Made by a program: the position numbers and the translations under genes. From the NCBI GenBank assembly GCA_964342815.1, contig CAYFHS010000015.1:23797-87796 (forward strand): DNA of 64,000 bases, written 5' to 3'. Position 1 is the first letter of the stretch, and each line of letters begins with the position of its first letter. This stretch comes from an uncultured archaeon (GTDB lineage: Archaea; Thermoplasmatota; Penumbrarchaeia; JASLWR01). The notes under the pieces were generated by a model. The model ran no database searches. It saw only the letters and a program-made list of their open reading frames with translations, and was not told where the DNA came from. Positions 48,920 through 59,572 of this stretch are shown here, in pieces.

Positions 48920-49447
48920 ATGAGAAATATCGAGTACTTTGACAAACAGCGAGGATTGATTAACCTTCTGCTATTCATAGAGAAAAATGGAAAGGCGAAC
49001 ATATCGAGGATACGGAACAAGGGAAAGATCAATTTTGGGATAGCATACAAATGCTTGAAGATAATGAACGATATGGGACTTCTCACTGTGGAAGAGGAAG
49101 GATTTAATAAATTATCCAAGGGTTATAAGGCCAAACATTATCATCTTACAGAGAAAGGGAAAAAAGTAGCAGCGGTCTTCAATGAGATCGAGAATGGGTA
49201 TGACAGATCGTGCAAGATCGAACATTTCGACAATCAGACCGGGCTTATCAAGCTGGTGCTTTTTCTTTTCAACAATAATAAAGCATACGTTACCGAGATC
49301 CAGAAGCGGGGAAAGATCAACACCGCATCAGAGTGCCTTTACCTTTTGGATAACTGGGGATTCATAGAAACTAAACAAGAATATTCCGCGAAGAGCAGGC
49401 GACGACTGAGGACGAATCACTATTCCCTTACGAAAAATGGCCGATAA
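48920..49447 (+). CDS. Tandem-duplicated winged-helix (MarR/ArsR-like) regulator, with the last helix cut by an in-frame TAA
   Basis: Two internal repeats (FDKQRGLINLL...HYHLTEKGKKVA / FDNQTGLIKLV...HYSLTKNGR*VA). Confidence 0.7.
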   Translation: MRNIEYFDKQRGLINLLLFIEKNGKANISRIRNKGKINFGIAYKCLKIMNDMGLLTVEEEGFNKLSKGYKAKHYHLTEKGKKVAAVFNEIENGYDRSCKIEHFDNQTGLIKLVLFLFNNNKAYVTEIQKRGKINTASECLYLLDNWGFIETKQEYSAKSRRRLRTNHYSLTKNGR

Positions 49448-49710
49448 GTTGCAAAAAAACTCAGGGTGATAGAGAATATCGTAGAAAACTGAGATGTATC
49501 TTTCCGATTTTAGTCAACGGTTATAACAAGTCCCCTGGACTGCATTCTCTGCAAAATCGATTCGGAGATCAAACCTTTCCCTGCATTTTTTCAGAATCGT
49601 AAGACCTATAATATTATATGCGGTGTACACGATTACAGTTCGTCCATATCCGTTAACAAATCTGACTGTGCCGACACCCAAAATTTTACGGATTTAAGGA
49701 AAGTCTTACA

Positions 49711-52700
49711 ATGAGATCAAAACAATTCTTCAGCACATTAATAGCAGCCGGTTTCGTTCTGGTACTGTATTCCAGTTTCCTCTCCACAGCCACACCTACG
49801 CTACTTTTTTCAGATCCCGGCGAAATTCAAAGTGTTAAGCTCCGTGATCAAACTGCCCTCCATTCCAATGACAACACCGTATACCTGGACCTGATGAAAA
49901 GAGAAACCATAAGTGAGCCAAAGGAATTTCCCGGTAAGGGGGGGAAACACCGTCGTTGTCACCAGTTATTACGAACATTTTGGGAGAATATGACGTATTG
50001 CTTGATAATGCCGATATATTCAATCAAACTGGAGATCATCAAAGAAGGACCATTATAGTTCATGAAGATGAGGCAACATATTTCGACGATCTTCTTTACA
50101 CCGCTGCTGTACCGGCGGCAGTTCACTGGGAAGGCAGTTCGAGATATACCTCTCTCCTGACGTATGATTCGAAGGTGAGGGAAACGGGAATTCTGCACGG
50201 GGACTGGGCGGGTTATCTGGACCAGACCGGAGGGGCGAAACACATCGATTTTCTAGGACCAGTATCAACCCAACGGCAAGGTGAGATCGCGGCTTATTAC
50301 GGATATCCCCAAGATACGGAAGTGGTAACAGAAGCAGAATCGGTCTATGAAGCTGCAGCGGACATTGCCAGCTATTACTGGGGAAGTGAACGTCTGAGAA
50401 ACACGGATACGGCTGTGATTGCATATGCGCCGGAACCGGATGGTGGCGTACAGGTTTCAGATATCCACATCAATTCCAGCAATTCCAATGAGTATTACAA
50501 TATATCCACGAACGGTACGGAAAACGCCTGGTTGAGAGCGAATGTTAGCTGGTTGGATCCGGGGGACGATACTGTTTACGATCTCTCAATAAAGGACCCT
50601 TACAGCACTCACCATTCCAGCTACAATACCTTTTCCAACTGGTACAAGGAAAATCCAAGCGATAACCTTGTATTTTCACACCGGGGAGAACGTGTCGTAG
50701 GTGTTTCGCCTCTGTACTCATATGCGCCTTTCAAGGATGCAAGAACTTTTGGAAATGTATCTTTTTCAGACAGTGTGGGTCCCAATGACGGCAGCGGCGT
50801 TCCAGAAGCTCCTTTTGCCGATGTGACCACTCATACAATCGGACCGCTTGAGAATGGAACGCTGGTGGAATGCTCCCTCATGTGGCCGGGTGGTAGCGCT
50901 CTTGAACTGTACATCCACCCTAACGGGATAGGTCCCGATGAATACGAATTTGCCTGGTATTACAACAAACCTCTCGAAATGCGGTTCGTGACCAACAGAC
51001 CGGGATACTGGGATATTTCGGTCCATACATACACTGGAAACGGTGACTCGTACGATCTTGACGTCAGCTGGGGCGCGTCGGCCGAGCAAGAATGGCATAT
51101 TCACCAGTTTCAAAATAGCGACGATACATATGATATAGAGGTCCGGGAAACATTGGTTATACCAGACGCGGTAAGCGAATCTGCCGCCAATGCAGCGGTT
51201 ATGGCATCACTGCTGGATAGTCCTATGCTCTACAGTGCTGGTAAAACACCTGAGGGGCAGGTGCTTGAAACCATTGACGAGCTTGGAATAACCAAGGTAA
51301 TAATCGTTGATCCGGCTGCGAAAATAGACGCTCAGGAATGGATTGGTGCGGGCCTCGAGGTAAATCATCTTTCCACGGACAAGGAAATATTCAACACTAT
51401 TGCTGATATTGGCTTCGAAAAGACCCAAGAGAGAGATGTTGTTATTCCAGCCCTAGGTGGTCCCTGGTTCGCCGCAGCCGCATTGGAGGGGGCTGCCCAT
51501 GCAGCTCCGGTCCCGGCGCCTAACGACGATCTTGCCCTAAGGGCCACCAACAGAAGCACTCTGGTCTGGTGGGAGATGATAGAATTGGGAGCTGTCTTCA
51601 GCGGAACCAGCGGTAGCGAAGATCAACCACCCCGAAGAAGTGACATGGAACGAATTGCTGATGATTTTTATTCCTGGTTGGGAGGTTTCAATCCAGCATA
51701 TGATCCCTCTTGCAATGATGTTGACGGCGACGGGATTCCCGATTCCGGAAACTCATGGGATTATACCGAGGACATAGATGTTGTGGTTGTATCTCCCATG
51801 AATGCAATTAAAATGTGTTTTGACCGGGCAATAAATGGGAAGGGATCAGTTGGAAGAATACCGGAAGCAGATGCTACCTTGACAGCGGCCATAGCTGCAA
51901 GAGCGGTTCTTTACTGGGAGCTCGCCTTCAGCAATGGAACCAATCCGGATGATGTTTTGGCTGTACCGGAGAGTTCCGGGTTCTGGGATAGCGCGGGCTG
52001 GACCTTCGTTGCCTATACCCATGACGACGATATCATGGACGATGACCTGGGTGACGACGTCGACGACGATTACTGCGAAAAGGAGGACGGTGGAGCAAAT
52101 CAGATAGCATACAAGATGAGCGATGAACTTCCGCAGTACGCCTCCGATTACGGAGTGGGTTTAAACGAGTTCAATACGTACTACCCCAACGTAATGGAGA
52201 TGCTTGAAAGCGGCGTGGGATTCTGGACTCACGCCGACCATGGAGGATATAACCAGCGATTCGAGACCGGAGCGGGAGTGATCGGACTTTCAGCAAAGAA
52301 CACTAATCCCTGGAGAGATTGGGACGACGGAGCCAGTATTAATGATCCCGACGGTGCCGGGGACACTGTGGGGCTTTCGAATCCTTCCGCTTTAGACCAT
52401 ATTTCCGGCAATGATCTATACTACGGCCTTCATGATCTTCCATCTACACTGATCTATCTCCAGGACTGTCAAGTAGGGGGCACTCACATGCCGGGGATGC
52501 TCCTGAAATTGGGATCTGCGGGAGTAATAGGAGATCATTATTCCATGTATATCGATCCGTCACCGGTCTATAACGACCGACTCATCAAGGGTTTGTATTC
52601 GGGAATGGATTTCGGACAAGCCAATAGATGGGCCCTTGACGAGGCATCTGCAATATACTCCATGCACGACCCTTCGCCCCCCGATGCAGGTGATTCTGCC

Positions 52701-55532
52701 ATGGGTTACAGCGTACAATGTACTCTGTATGGTGATCCCGAGATCGTGATCGCCACCCCGACGCTGCGGCCGCACGTAACCTGGAACTTACCGGTTTCCG
52801 GTGAGGGGAATGTCACATTTAATATTTTTGTTACGGACCAGGACGGCAACGCCTATCCGGCTGCCCCAAACGTTTCAATGAACGGGGAAATCCTCGCAGA
52901 TGTAACAGCCGACGGGGGTGTGGGCCAATACTCTTTCAACTGGTTAATTGAGGATTCCGGGGATAACATTCTGTCGATGGAGCTAAATGAACCTGGTTAT
53001 TACGACCGGGAGCACAACGAAACGATCCGACAGGATTACCTCATTGAGCTGCCCTCCATACAAGCATCCGTCACGAATATTGACTATATTGGCAACATGA
53101 GCCAAACCGTCTCTTTCGGTGCGTCAGTATACCTCGATGCACCTCATAGGCAGCTGATGAATAACACAACCGTTGGAATTGCACGGGCTGACCTATACAA
53201 TATCGACGGAACTTATACCGGGAGCGGGGGAAATCTTAGCTACAACGGAAACCAATGGATCTTCAGAGAAAACGTTTCAAGTCTTCCCGGCGGCGAATAT
53301 TATGTGAACGTCTCCCTTTGGTCTCCGTTCTATTCAATTATCATTGTACAATCCTCAACATTCGAATTGGTCCATAAGATAAGTATCAGTACTCCGGTTA
53401 TATCCTATTCTGGTGAGCAAAAACAAACTCTAGACATACAAAATATCACTGCAGTCAGCAGCAGGTACGGGATACTAGATGAGAATAACACAGTTGATGC
53501 ATCCTATGACATAATTAACGGAGAAAATATATCGACGAACGTTTCGGGCCTTCTGGTTTTTGGAAATAACGGGTGGGAAGCGGGCAATATCTCCACATCC
53601 CCACTCGGTTCGGGAGAATATGCCGTGGAAATCACATTTTACGACGGAGATACTCTGGAAAAATCCAACAAAGGGCTGTTTTTCGTTGAACATCTGCTTT
53701 CCGTTTCGAATTTTACCGTGCACGTAAATGAGGGGATTCATCCAACATTGGAAATTAAGGGATTGACTGTTACCAACACTCTTGGTAGCGGCAGGCCAGT
53801 TAATGATACCACGGCGGAGCTACATAAATTCGAAATTCTTTCGGTTTACACACTTGATCCGGTTGCTTCGGGAGAGCTTCTTTTTTCGGGCTCCGTCTGG
53901 GAAAGGGAGGATGTCGATATCTCGGGAATACCATCGGGTGGTTACATTGTCAGGTGTACCTTTTCCACTGAAAATGAAGGGCCCGTTTCCGCGGAATCGG
54001 CGGTATTCGCACTGAACCATATTCTCATTTCAACTATACCCCCGCAAGTCGTTTACCGCGGTGATTTTGTTCAGGAGATTGATATTAACGTCAATCTGAG
54101 ATCCGGTTTCAACGGTACCATGGCAGAGTCCAACATTTCTATCAGCACCTGCGAATTCGAGATACTGGACGATATGGGAGCCTCCGCGGGAATAAAAGGA
54201 AATCTCTCACAGGATAATGAATCATACTATGTAAAGGACTTGGACGTATCGGGTCTCGACGAAGGTATATACAGCGTCAGGTGTCTATTCAGCGGCTCAG
54301 GTGCGCTGGCCACGAGCGTTGCCACAAATAACTTTACGGTAATACATAAAATTGGGCTTTCGGAACCTGTCATAAATTATGATAAATTTGAAAATAATCT
54401 ATCCATCGATAGTGTCACTTTTAGCTGCTCGAAATACGGAATTTCGTCGGAAGAGGTCACAGTTAGATATACGATAAATGATTTCCACGGGGAGTCGACA
54501 GGTATCGGCGGCGAGATGGAGGGATCCAGTGGCGAATACAGCTCGGGCGTGATCGACGTATCGGGACTTGTTACAGGGACATATCAGATCGAGCTTACCT
54601 GTGAGGTCATCCAAATTGCCAAATCCTATTCAGGCGTGATTGGTCAGTTCGATATCACTTTCAAACTAAGCATAGGGGATTTCATTGTATCAGCTGATGA
54701 CGGTATGTTAAAGGGTTCTCCATTGAATATCACAAGTAACAGGGCAAACTCGGAAATTGGTGAAAATGACGTTTCCAGTTCAAGATATTATATTGTCGAC
54801 GATAATGGAAATCACACCGAGATCAGCGGAAATCTTAGCTGGAAGGACGGAAAATTATTTATTCCGGATATCGATATATCTTCTCTTGCACCCGGCGAGT
54901 ATAAAATTGTAATCGAGGTTATATCCAAAGGGACGACGTGGATAAAACAGGGCGATCCGTTCGTTGTGGAGACCGTGGATACGAATAAGGAAGTTGATAA
55001 TGACCCCGATGAAACAGCATGGTACAAGGGATCTTCCCGGACGCTGATATTGATCATCATTGGGTCGTTGATCGCGATCATTTGTGCTTTGGTTTTTGTT
55101 GCGATATACCGTAGAAAAGATGACCGTAGTCAAAAAATGCAGGACGAAGAGGACGAAGACGATGACGAATGGTGGAAGGATGAAGAGGAGGAAGTTGTGG
55201 GCGGACCGGATACCGATTGGGTCGTTGAAGAAAAATCCAAGCCTAAGGCCGAGCGAAAAAGGAGAGGTAGTTACGGAAGGAACCGCAGTAGACGGGATTA
55301 TTATTCGAGGAAATATTCAGAGCCAGCTGACGATGAGGACGATTTCGATGACTATTTTGACGAGGGTCAGGATGACGACGGTGACGTATACGACGATTAT
55401 GATGAAAATGATGATGACTATACCGAAGATGTGGAATTTGGTGGTTGGGACGATGACTATGATGATTCCAATGATGAGTATGAAGACTTCGGCGAAGAAT
55501 TTTATGACGATAACGAATACGACGATTATTAG
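49711..55532 (+). CDS. Large surface protein with CWB2-like segments, a gingipain-like (C25, clan CD) protease domain, an Ig-like stalk, a TM anchor and an acidic tail; frameshifted at G7 (49938-49944)
   Basis: Signal-peptide ORF 49711-50058 and long ORF 49956-55532 join if the G7 tract gains one G. C25-like motifs VGRIP, DHGG (His 52239), QDCQVG (Cys 52467) and LYGDP (52725). Confidence 0.8.
49938..49944 (+). repeat. Poly-G tract (G7) at the frameshift point
   Basis: Sequence ggtaaGGGGGGGaaacac; G8 or G5 would restore one continuous ORF. Confidence 0.85.
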
Positions 55533-55549
55533 AGATTGATGTTTTTAGA

Positions 55550-55580
55550 GGACCTGCGAGCTTCAGCCAAACGCAGGTCC
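55550..55580 (+). terminator. GC-rich hairpin just after the protease gene (terminator-like)
   Basis: Perfect 9-bp stem ggacctgcg/cgcaggtcc with a 13-nt loop, followed by AT-rich sequence. Confidence 0.45.
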
Positions 55581-55805
55581 GATTTATAATTAATGTTATT
55601 CCAATGAAAGTAGGCCGCAGGCCTCCAAGGTCGCCAGTCGGCGACCTTCAATGATTCTTACACCCTCCCTTTTAGGTCGTTGACGAGAATATTTTAGTTT
55701 TACTCATCTCTCTTACAGTAATCTTTATTTGCATCCGATGACATCATCACCTCTAATCCCTTCTGCTGATAAAAATTCTGATGAAAAAATTTGTGGAGGC
55801 TTGAA

Positions 55806-56804
55806 ATGCATCTACCCCATTTCGAAATTACCAACGCACGGACCCTTGATGATGCCTTATCGGTCCTATCCGACCACGAAGATAGAATAATGATAAAAGC
55901 CGGCGGTACCGCCCTGATCCCTGCAATGAAGTTGGGCCTTGCCAATCCGGACAGAGTGCTGAACATTTCCACCATATCAGGTCTGGATCAGATCAATCGA
56001 CATGAAGAAGGGATTATAAGTATCGGGGCCAACACAAGCCTATTCCAAATCCGACACTCACCCATTATCAAAGAGAACTTTCCTGCGCTGGTGGAGGCGG
56101 TGGAATCTGTTTCATCACCTCCCTTGCATCACAGCTCAACAATAGGCGGAAATATATGTCAGGACTGCCGGTGCATCTATTATAACCAGTCGCGTACATG
56201 GCGGGCTTTACGGCCGAAATGCTTCAAGGCCGGCGGCAGGTTATGTCATGCGGTTCCCGACGCAGGAAGGTGTTCGGCGGTATACAAAGGCGACCTCGCG
56301 CCGATTCTTATTTCATTGAATGCTTCTGTGGTTCTTGCCAGCGGAAAAGGAACCAGAAAAATCCCGTTATCTGAATTCTTCACAGGAAACGGAATACGTC
56401 CAAACATACTGGGTCTAACGGAGATACTCACGGAAATACTCATCCCAAAACCGAAATCCCGATCGCGTAGTGCCGTGGAGAAAGTCCGAATACGCTCTTC
56501 GCTGGATTACGCCATTGCCACTGGAGGAGTAACGGTTTGTACCGATTCAGAAGGCAAGTGTACTGATTGTAAAATAGTGCTTGGAGCACTGGGTCCGGGC
56601 CCAATTGAAGCGACGGAAGCCGAGAAAATTATCATCGGTACAATACCGGACAAAGAAATATGCAGAAGAGTGGCAAAGGAAGTAATAAATAAAATTCATC
56701 CGGTGGCGAATACGGAAAGCACACCGGAGCACCGCATGAAACTTGCCGAATTTATTATATTACGATGCTTAAGTAAGGTCCATGCTATAGATGGGGGCGA
56801 TTAG
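55806..56804 (+). CDS. hcrB: Xanthine-oxidase-family FAD subunit with a [4Fe-4S] insert, 4-hydroxybenzoyl-CoA reductase beta (HcrB)-like
   Basis: AGGT FAD motif, TIGGNIC, and the Cys-rich insert CQDCRC..YNQS..W...C......C......C diagnostic of HcrB-type subunits. Confidence 0.8.
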   Translation: MHLPHFEITNARTLDDALSVLSDHEDRIMIKAGGTALIPAMKLGLANPDRVLNISTISGLDQINRHEEGIISIGANTSLFQIRHSPIIKENFPALVEAVESVSSPPLHHSSTIGGNICQDCRCIYYNQSRTWRALRPKCFKAGGRLCHAVPDAGRCSAVYKGDLAPILISLNASVVLASGKGTRKIPLSEFFTGNGIRPNILGLTEILTEILIPKPKSRSRSAVEKVRIRSSLDYAIATGGVTVCTDSEGKCTDCKIVLGALGPGPIEATEAEKIIIGTIPDKEICRRVAKEVINKIHPVANTESTPEHRMKLAEFIILRCLSKVHAIDGGD

Positions 56805-56805
56805 C

Positions 56806-57285
56806 ATGGTGGATAGGGCCATTAAACTCATTGTTAACGGTGATCGGTATAGCGTAAACGTACCTGCGGAAACGACTCTACTGGAGGTATTACGGGAGAA
56901 TCTTCAAATGACTGGGACCAAGTTCGGCTGCGATACGGGAGAGTGCGGGGCCTGTACCGTTCTCGTGGACGGCCTCCCATTCCGATCCTGTCTGACATTG
57001 GCAGTGGAAGTGGAAGGAAAGCGGATAACAACCATCGAGGGTCTCGCAAAGGGCCACGAGCTGCATCCGGTACAGAAAAAATTTGTAGAGCTACAGGCGA
57101 TCCAGTGCGGATTCTGCTCGCCTGGGATGATACTTACGGCAGTGGCATTTCTAGCCGAGAACCCGAAACCAACTCGTGATGAAGTCCGGCGAGCCATGTC
57201 TGGAAATATCTGCCGCTGCACCGGATATCAGAAGATCGTTGAAGCGGTTCTTGCAGCTTCGGAGATGGACGGAGGTGATGCCTGA
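56806..57285 (+). CDS. hcrC: Xanthine-oxidase-family 2x[2Fe-2S] subunit (HcrC-like)
   Basis: GTKFGCDTGECGACTV, SC, QCGFCSPG and GNICRCTGY. Confidence 0.9.
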   Translation: MVDRAIKLIVNGDRYSVNVPAETTLLEVLRENLQMTGTKFGCDTGECGACTVLVDGLPFRSCLTLAVEVEGKRITTIEGLAKGHELHPVQKKFVELQAIQCGFCSPGMILTAVAFLAENPKPTRDEVRRAMSGNICRCTGYQKIVEAVLAASEMDGGDA

Positions 57286-59555
57286 TGTCATCCGAGACAT
57301 TAATCGGCAAGAGCGTACCACGGATCGATTCTATTCGCAAAGCCACTGGGGCAGCAAAATACACCGCTGATCTATTTCTTTCGGGAATGCTCCACGCAAA
57401 GGTTCTGCGAAGTCCTTACGCCCACGCAAAGATACTCAATATAGATACGTCCAAGGCCGAGCAGCTGGAGGGCGTAAGAGCAGTAATAACCGGTAAGGAC
57501 ACCAAGGGAGTGAAATGGGGGGTTTTCCCGTACACTCAGGATCACGGTATGATCGCAACCGACAAGGTGAGGTTCATAGGGGAGGAGGTGGCCGCTGTTG
57601 CGGCGACTAGCGAAGATATTGCACAGTGTGCAATAGAACTTATTACTGTAAAATACGAAGAGCTTCCTGCTGTTTTCGACCCGGAAAAGGCCATAGAGGA
57701 CGGCGCTCAACTTATACACGAGGATCGCGGTACCAATGTAAATGTGCACGTGGACATCGACGTGGGTGATGTGGATAAGGCCTTCGGGGAGGCTGAAATA
57801 GTTCTCGAAGATATGTTCACATCCGGCGGTGAAGCCTATGCTATGATGGAGCCTTATGCCGTTGTGGCAGACTACAACAGCGAGGGGTATCTGGATCTTT
57901 GGATACCCAATGCCGGGCCCCACGTTCGGGCAAAAGCACTTTCCAATCTTCTGAAAATTCCGCTCAATAAAGTAAGGGTACGCAAGATCGATATAGGAGG
58001 TGCCTTCGGCGGCCGCTCAGAGGTTTCGCCAAGCGATGTTGTAACGGCACTCCTTTCAATCAAGAGCCGACGACCGGTGAAACTGGTCCTAACCAGGGAA
58101 GAAACCTTCACGGCAACCCGGCAGGTCCACGACATGATAGTGTACCTCAAAACCGGAGCGGATGCAAACGGTCTGATCACAGCGAGAGATGCGCGGGTGA
58201 TATACGACGGGGGAGCCTATTCCAGCACGGGACCCATCGCAACCTCCGTACCCTTTTACGTATATGAGGAAACGTACAAACACCCCAACGTTCGTTACAA
58301 CGGATACCGGGTGTATACGAACAAATGTCCCAGAGGAATGTACCCCCATCACGGCAGGGCATACCAGGTGGCAATGACGACGCACATGGACATGGTGGCG
58401 GAAAAACTGGGACTCGACCCAATGGAGATACGTCTTAGAAACGCCAACCGATCGGGAGATCATACTGCCACCGACTCGGTCATATCGAGCTGTGGCTTAT
58501 CGGAATCCATCACAATGACAGCGGAAATGTCACGTTGGAGTGAGAAACGTGGAAAACTGCCGAAATACAGGGGTATCGGGATGGGTAGCATGGGGTTGAT
58601 GTGCGGCTTTCCCATGGGATTCCGCACCGGTGCAACTGCATTCATACGGATGAACGAGAGCGGTCAAATAACTTTGTTTACCGGTATGGTGGACAACGGT
58701 CAGGGCAACGAGAACATGGTGGTGCAGATCGCGGCAGAGGTTATCGGAATACCAATGAAAATGGTCAACCTCATAAATGCCGATACCGAAATGACAGGGC
58801 ACGACCCCGGGGCCTACTCTCAAGCGGCGACCTTTGTGGGTGGAAATGCGGTAATGCGGGCAGCGCAAGACGTCCGGCGTCAGGTATTGGCTGCCTCGGC
58901 TGAGATGATGAAGGTGGACCCAAGTGAAATTGATATAACAAATGGTATGATCCACCATAAAAATGACCCGGAAAAATCGTTCTTCATTGCAAGAGCCGCG
59001 CGATACGCCATGGCTAACGGCGGGAATATTGTAGGGAAGGGTTCATATTTCCCAAAGATCAGCCGGGATCGTGAATGGGTAAAGAACCCTCGGGGCCAGA
59101 TGGGCGGTACCTACAGCTTTAATACCGTCGTGACAGAGATCGAGGTGGACCCAGAAACGGGTATAATTAAAATGCTCGACGTTTGGGCGGCTCATGACTG
59201 CGGGAAACCTATAAATCCGGCCACGGTAGTAGGGCAAATACACGGTGTCGTCCACAGGGGCGGGGTGGCAACGTACATGGAGAAGATCGATTGGGAAGGA
59301 GGGCAGGTATTGAATCCCAACCTGCTGGATTACAAGGTACCATTGGCCACGGACATGCCGGAAATGGATGTGGAATTAATCACCACTGATGATCCCGAGG
59401 GACCCTTCGGCGCGAAGGAAGGCGGTCTTACAGCGTCTATGAACGTCTACAAGGCTATCGTTTCGGCGTTCTATGACGCGACGGGTATCTGGCTCAAGGA
59501 ATTACCGTTCACACCCGAAAAGGTTTTACGCGCCCTTGCTACAAAAAAGGATTAA
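57285..59555 (+). CDS. Xanthine-oxidase-family molybdopterin subunit (HcrA-like, divergent active site)
   Basis: GAAKYTAD, LRSPYAHA, GGAFGGR, GGAY, DCGKPINP, NLLDYKVP, GPFGAKE and PFTPEKV. Confidence 0.85.
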   Translation: MSSETLIGKSVPRIDSIRKATGAAKYTADLFLSGMLHAKVLRSPYAHAKILNIDTSKAEQLEGVRAVITGKDTKGVKWGVFPYTQDHGMIATDKVRFIGEEVAAVAATSEDIAQCAIELITVKYEELPAVFDPEKAIEDGAQLIHEDRGTNVNVHVDIDVGDVDKAFGEAEIVLEDMFTSGGEAYAMMEPYAVVADYNSEGYLDLWIPNAGPHVRAKALSNLLKIPLNKVRVRKIDIGGAFGGRSEVSPSDVVTALLSIKSRRPVKLVLTREETFTATRQVHDMIVYLKTGADANGLITARDARVIYDGGAYSSTGPIATSVPFYVYEETYKHPNVRYNGYRVYTNKCPRGMYPHHGRAYQVAMTTHMDMVAEKLGLDPMEIRLRNANRSGDHTATDSVISSCGLSESITMTAEMSRWSEKRGKLPKYRGIGMGSMGLMCGFPMGFRTGATAFIRMNESGQITLFTGMVDNGQGNENMVVQIAAEVIGIPMKMVNLINADTEMTGHDPGAYSQAATFVGGNAVMRAAQDVRRQVLAASAEMMKVDPSEIDITNGMIHHKNDPEKSFFIARAARYAMANGGNIVGKGSYFPKISRDREWVKNPRGQMGGTYSFNTVVTEIEVDPETGIIKMLDVWAAHDCGKPINPATVVGQIHGVVHRGGVATYMEKIDWEGGQVLNPNLLDYKVPLATDMPEMDVELITTDDPEGPFGAKEGGLTASMNVYKAIVSAFYDATGIWLKELPFTPEKVLRALATKKD

Positions 59556-59572
59556 AATTGGATGTCGAATAA

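Noticed and set aside
49942-49948. Classical GGGAAAC -1 slippery heptamer
   Set aside because: It is out of phase with the signal-peptide reading frame; only the G7 run itself can explain the shift.
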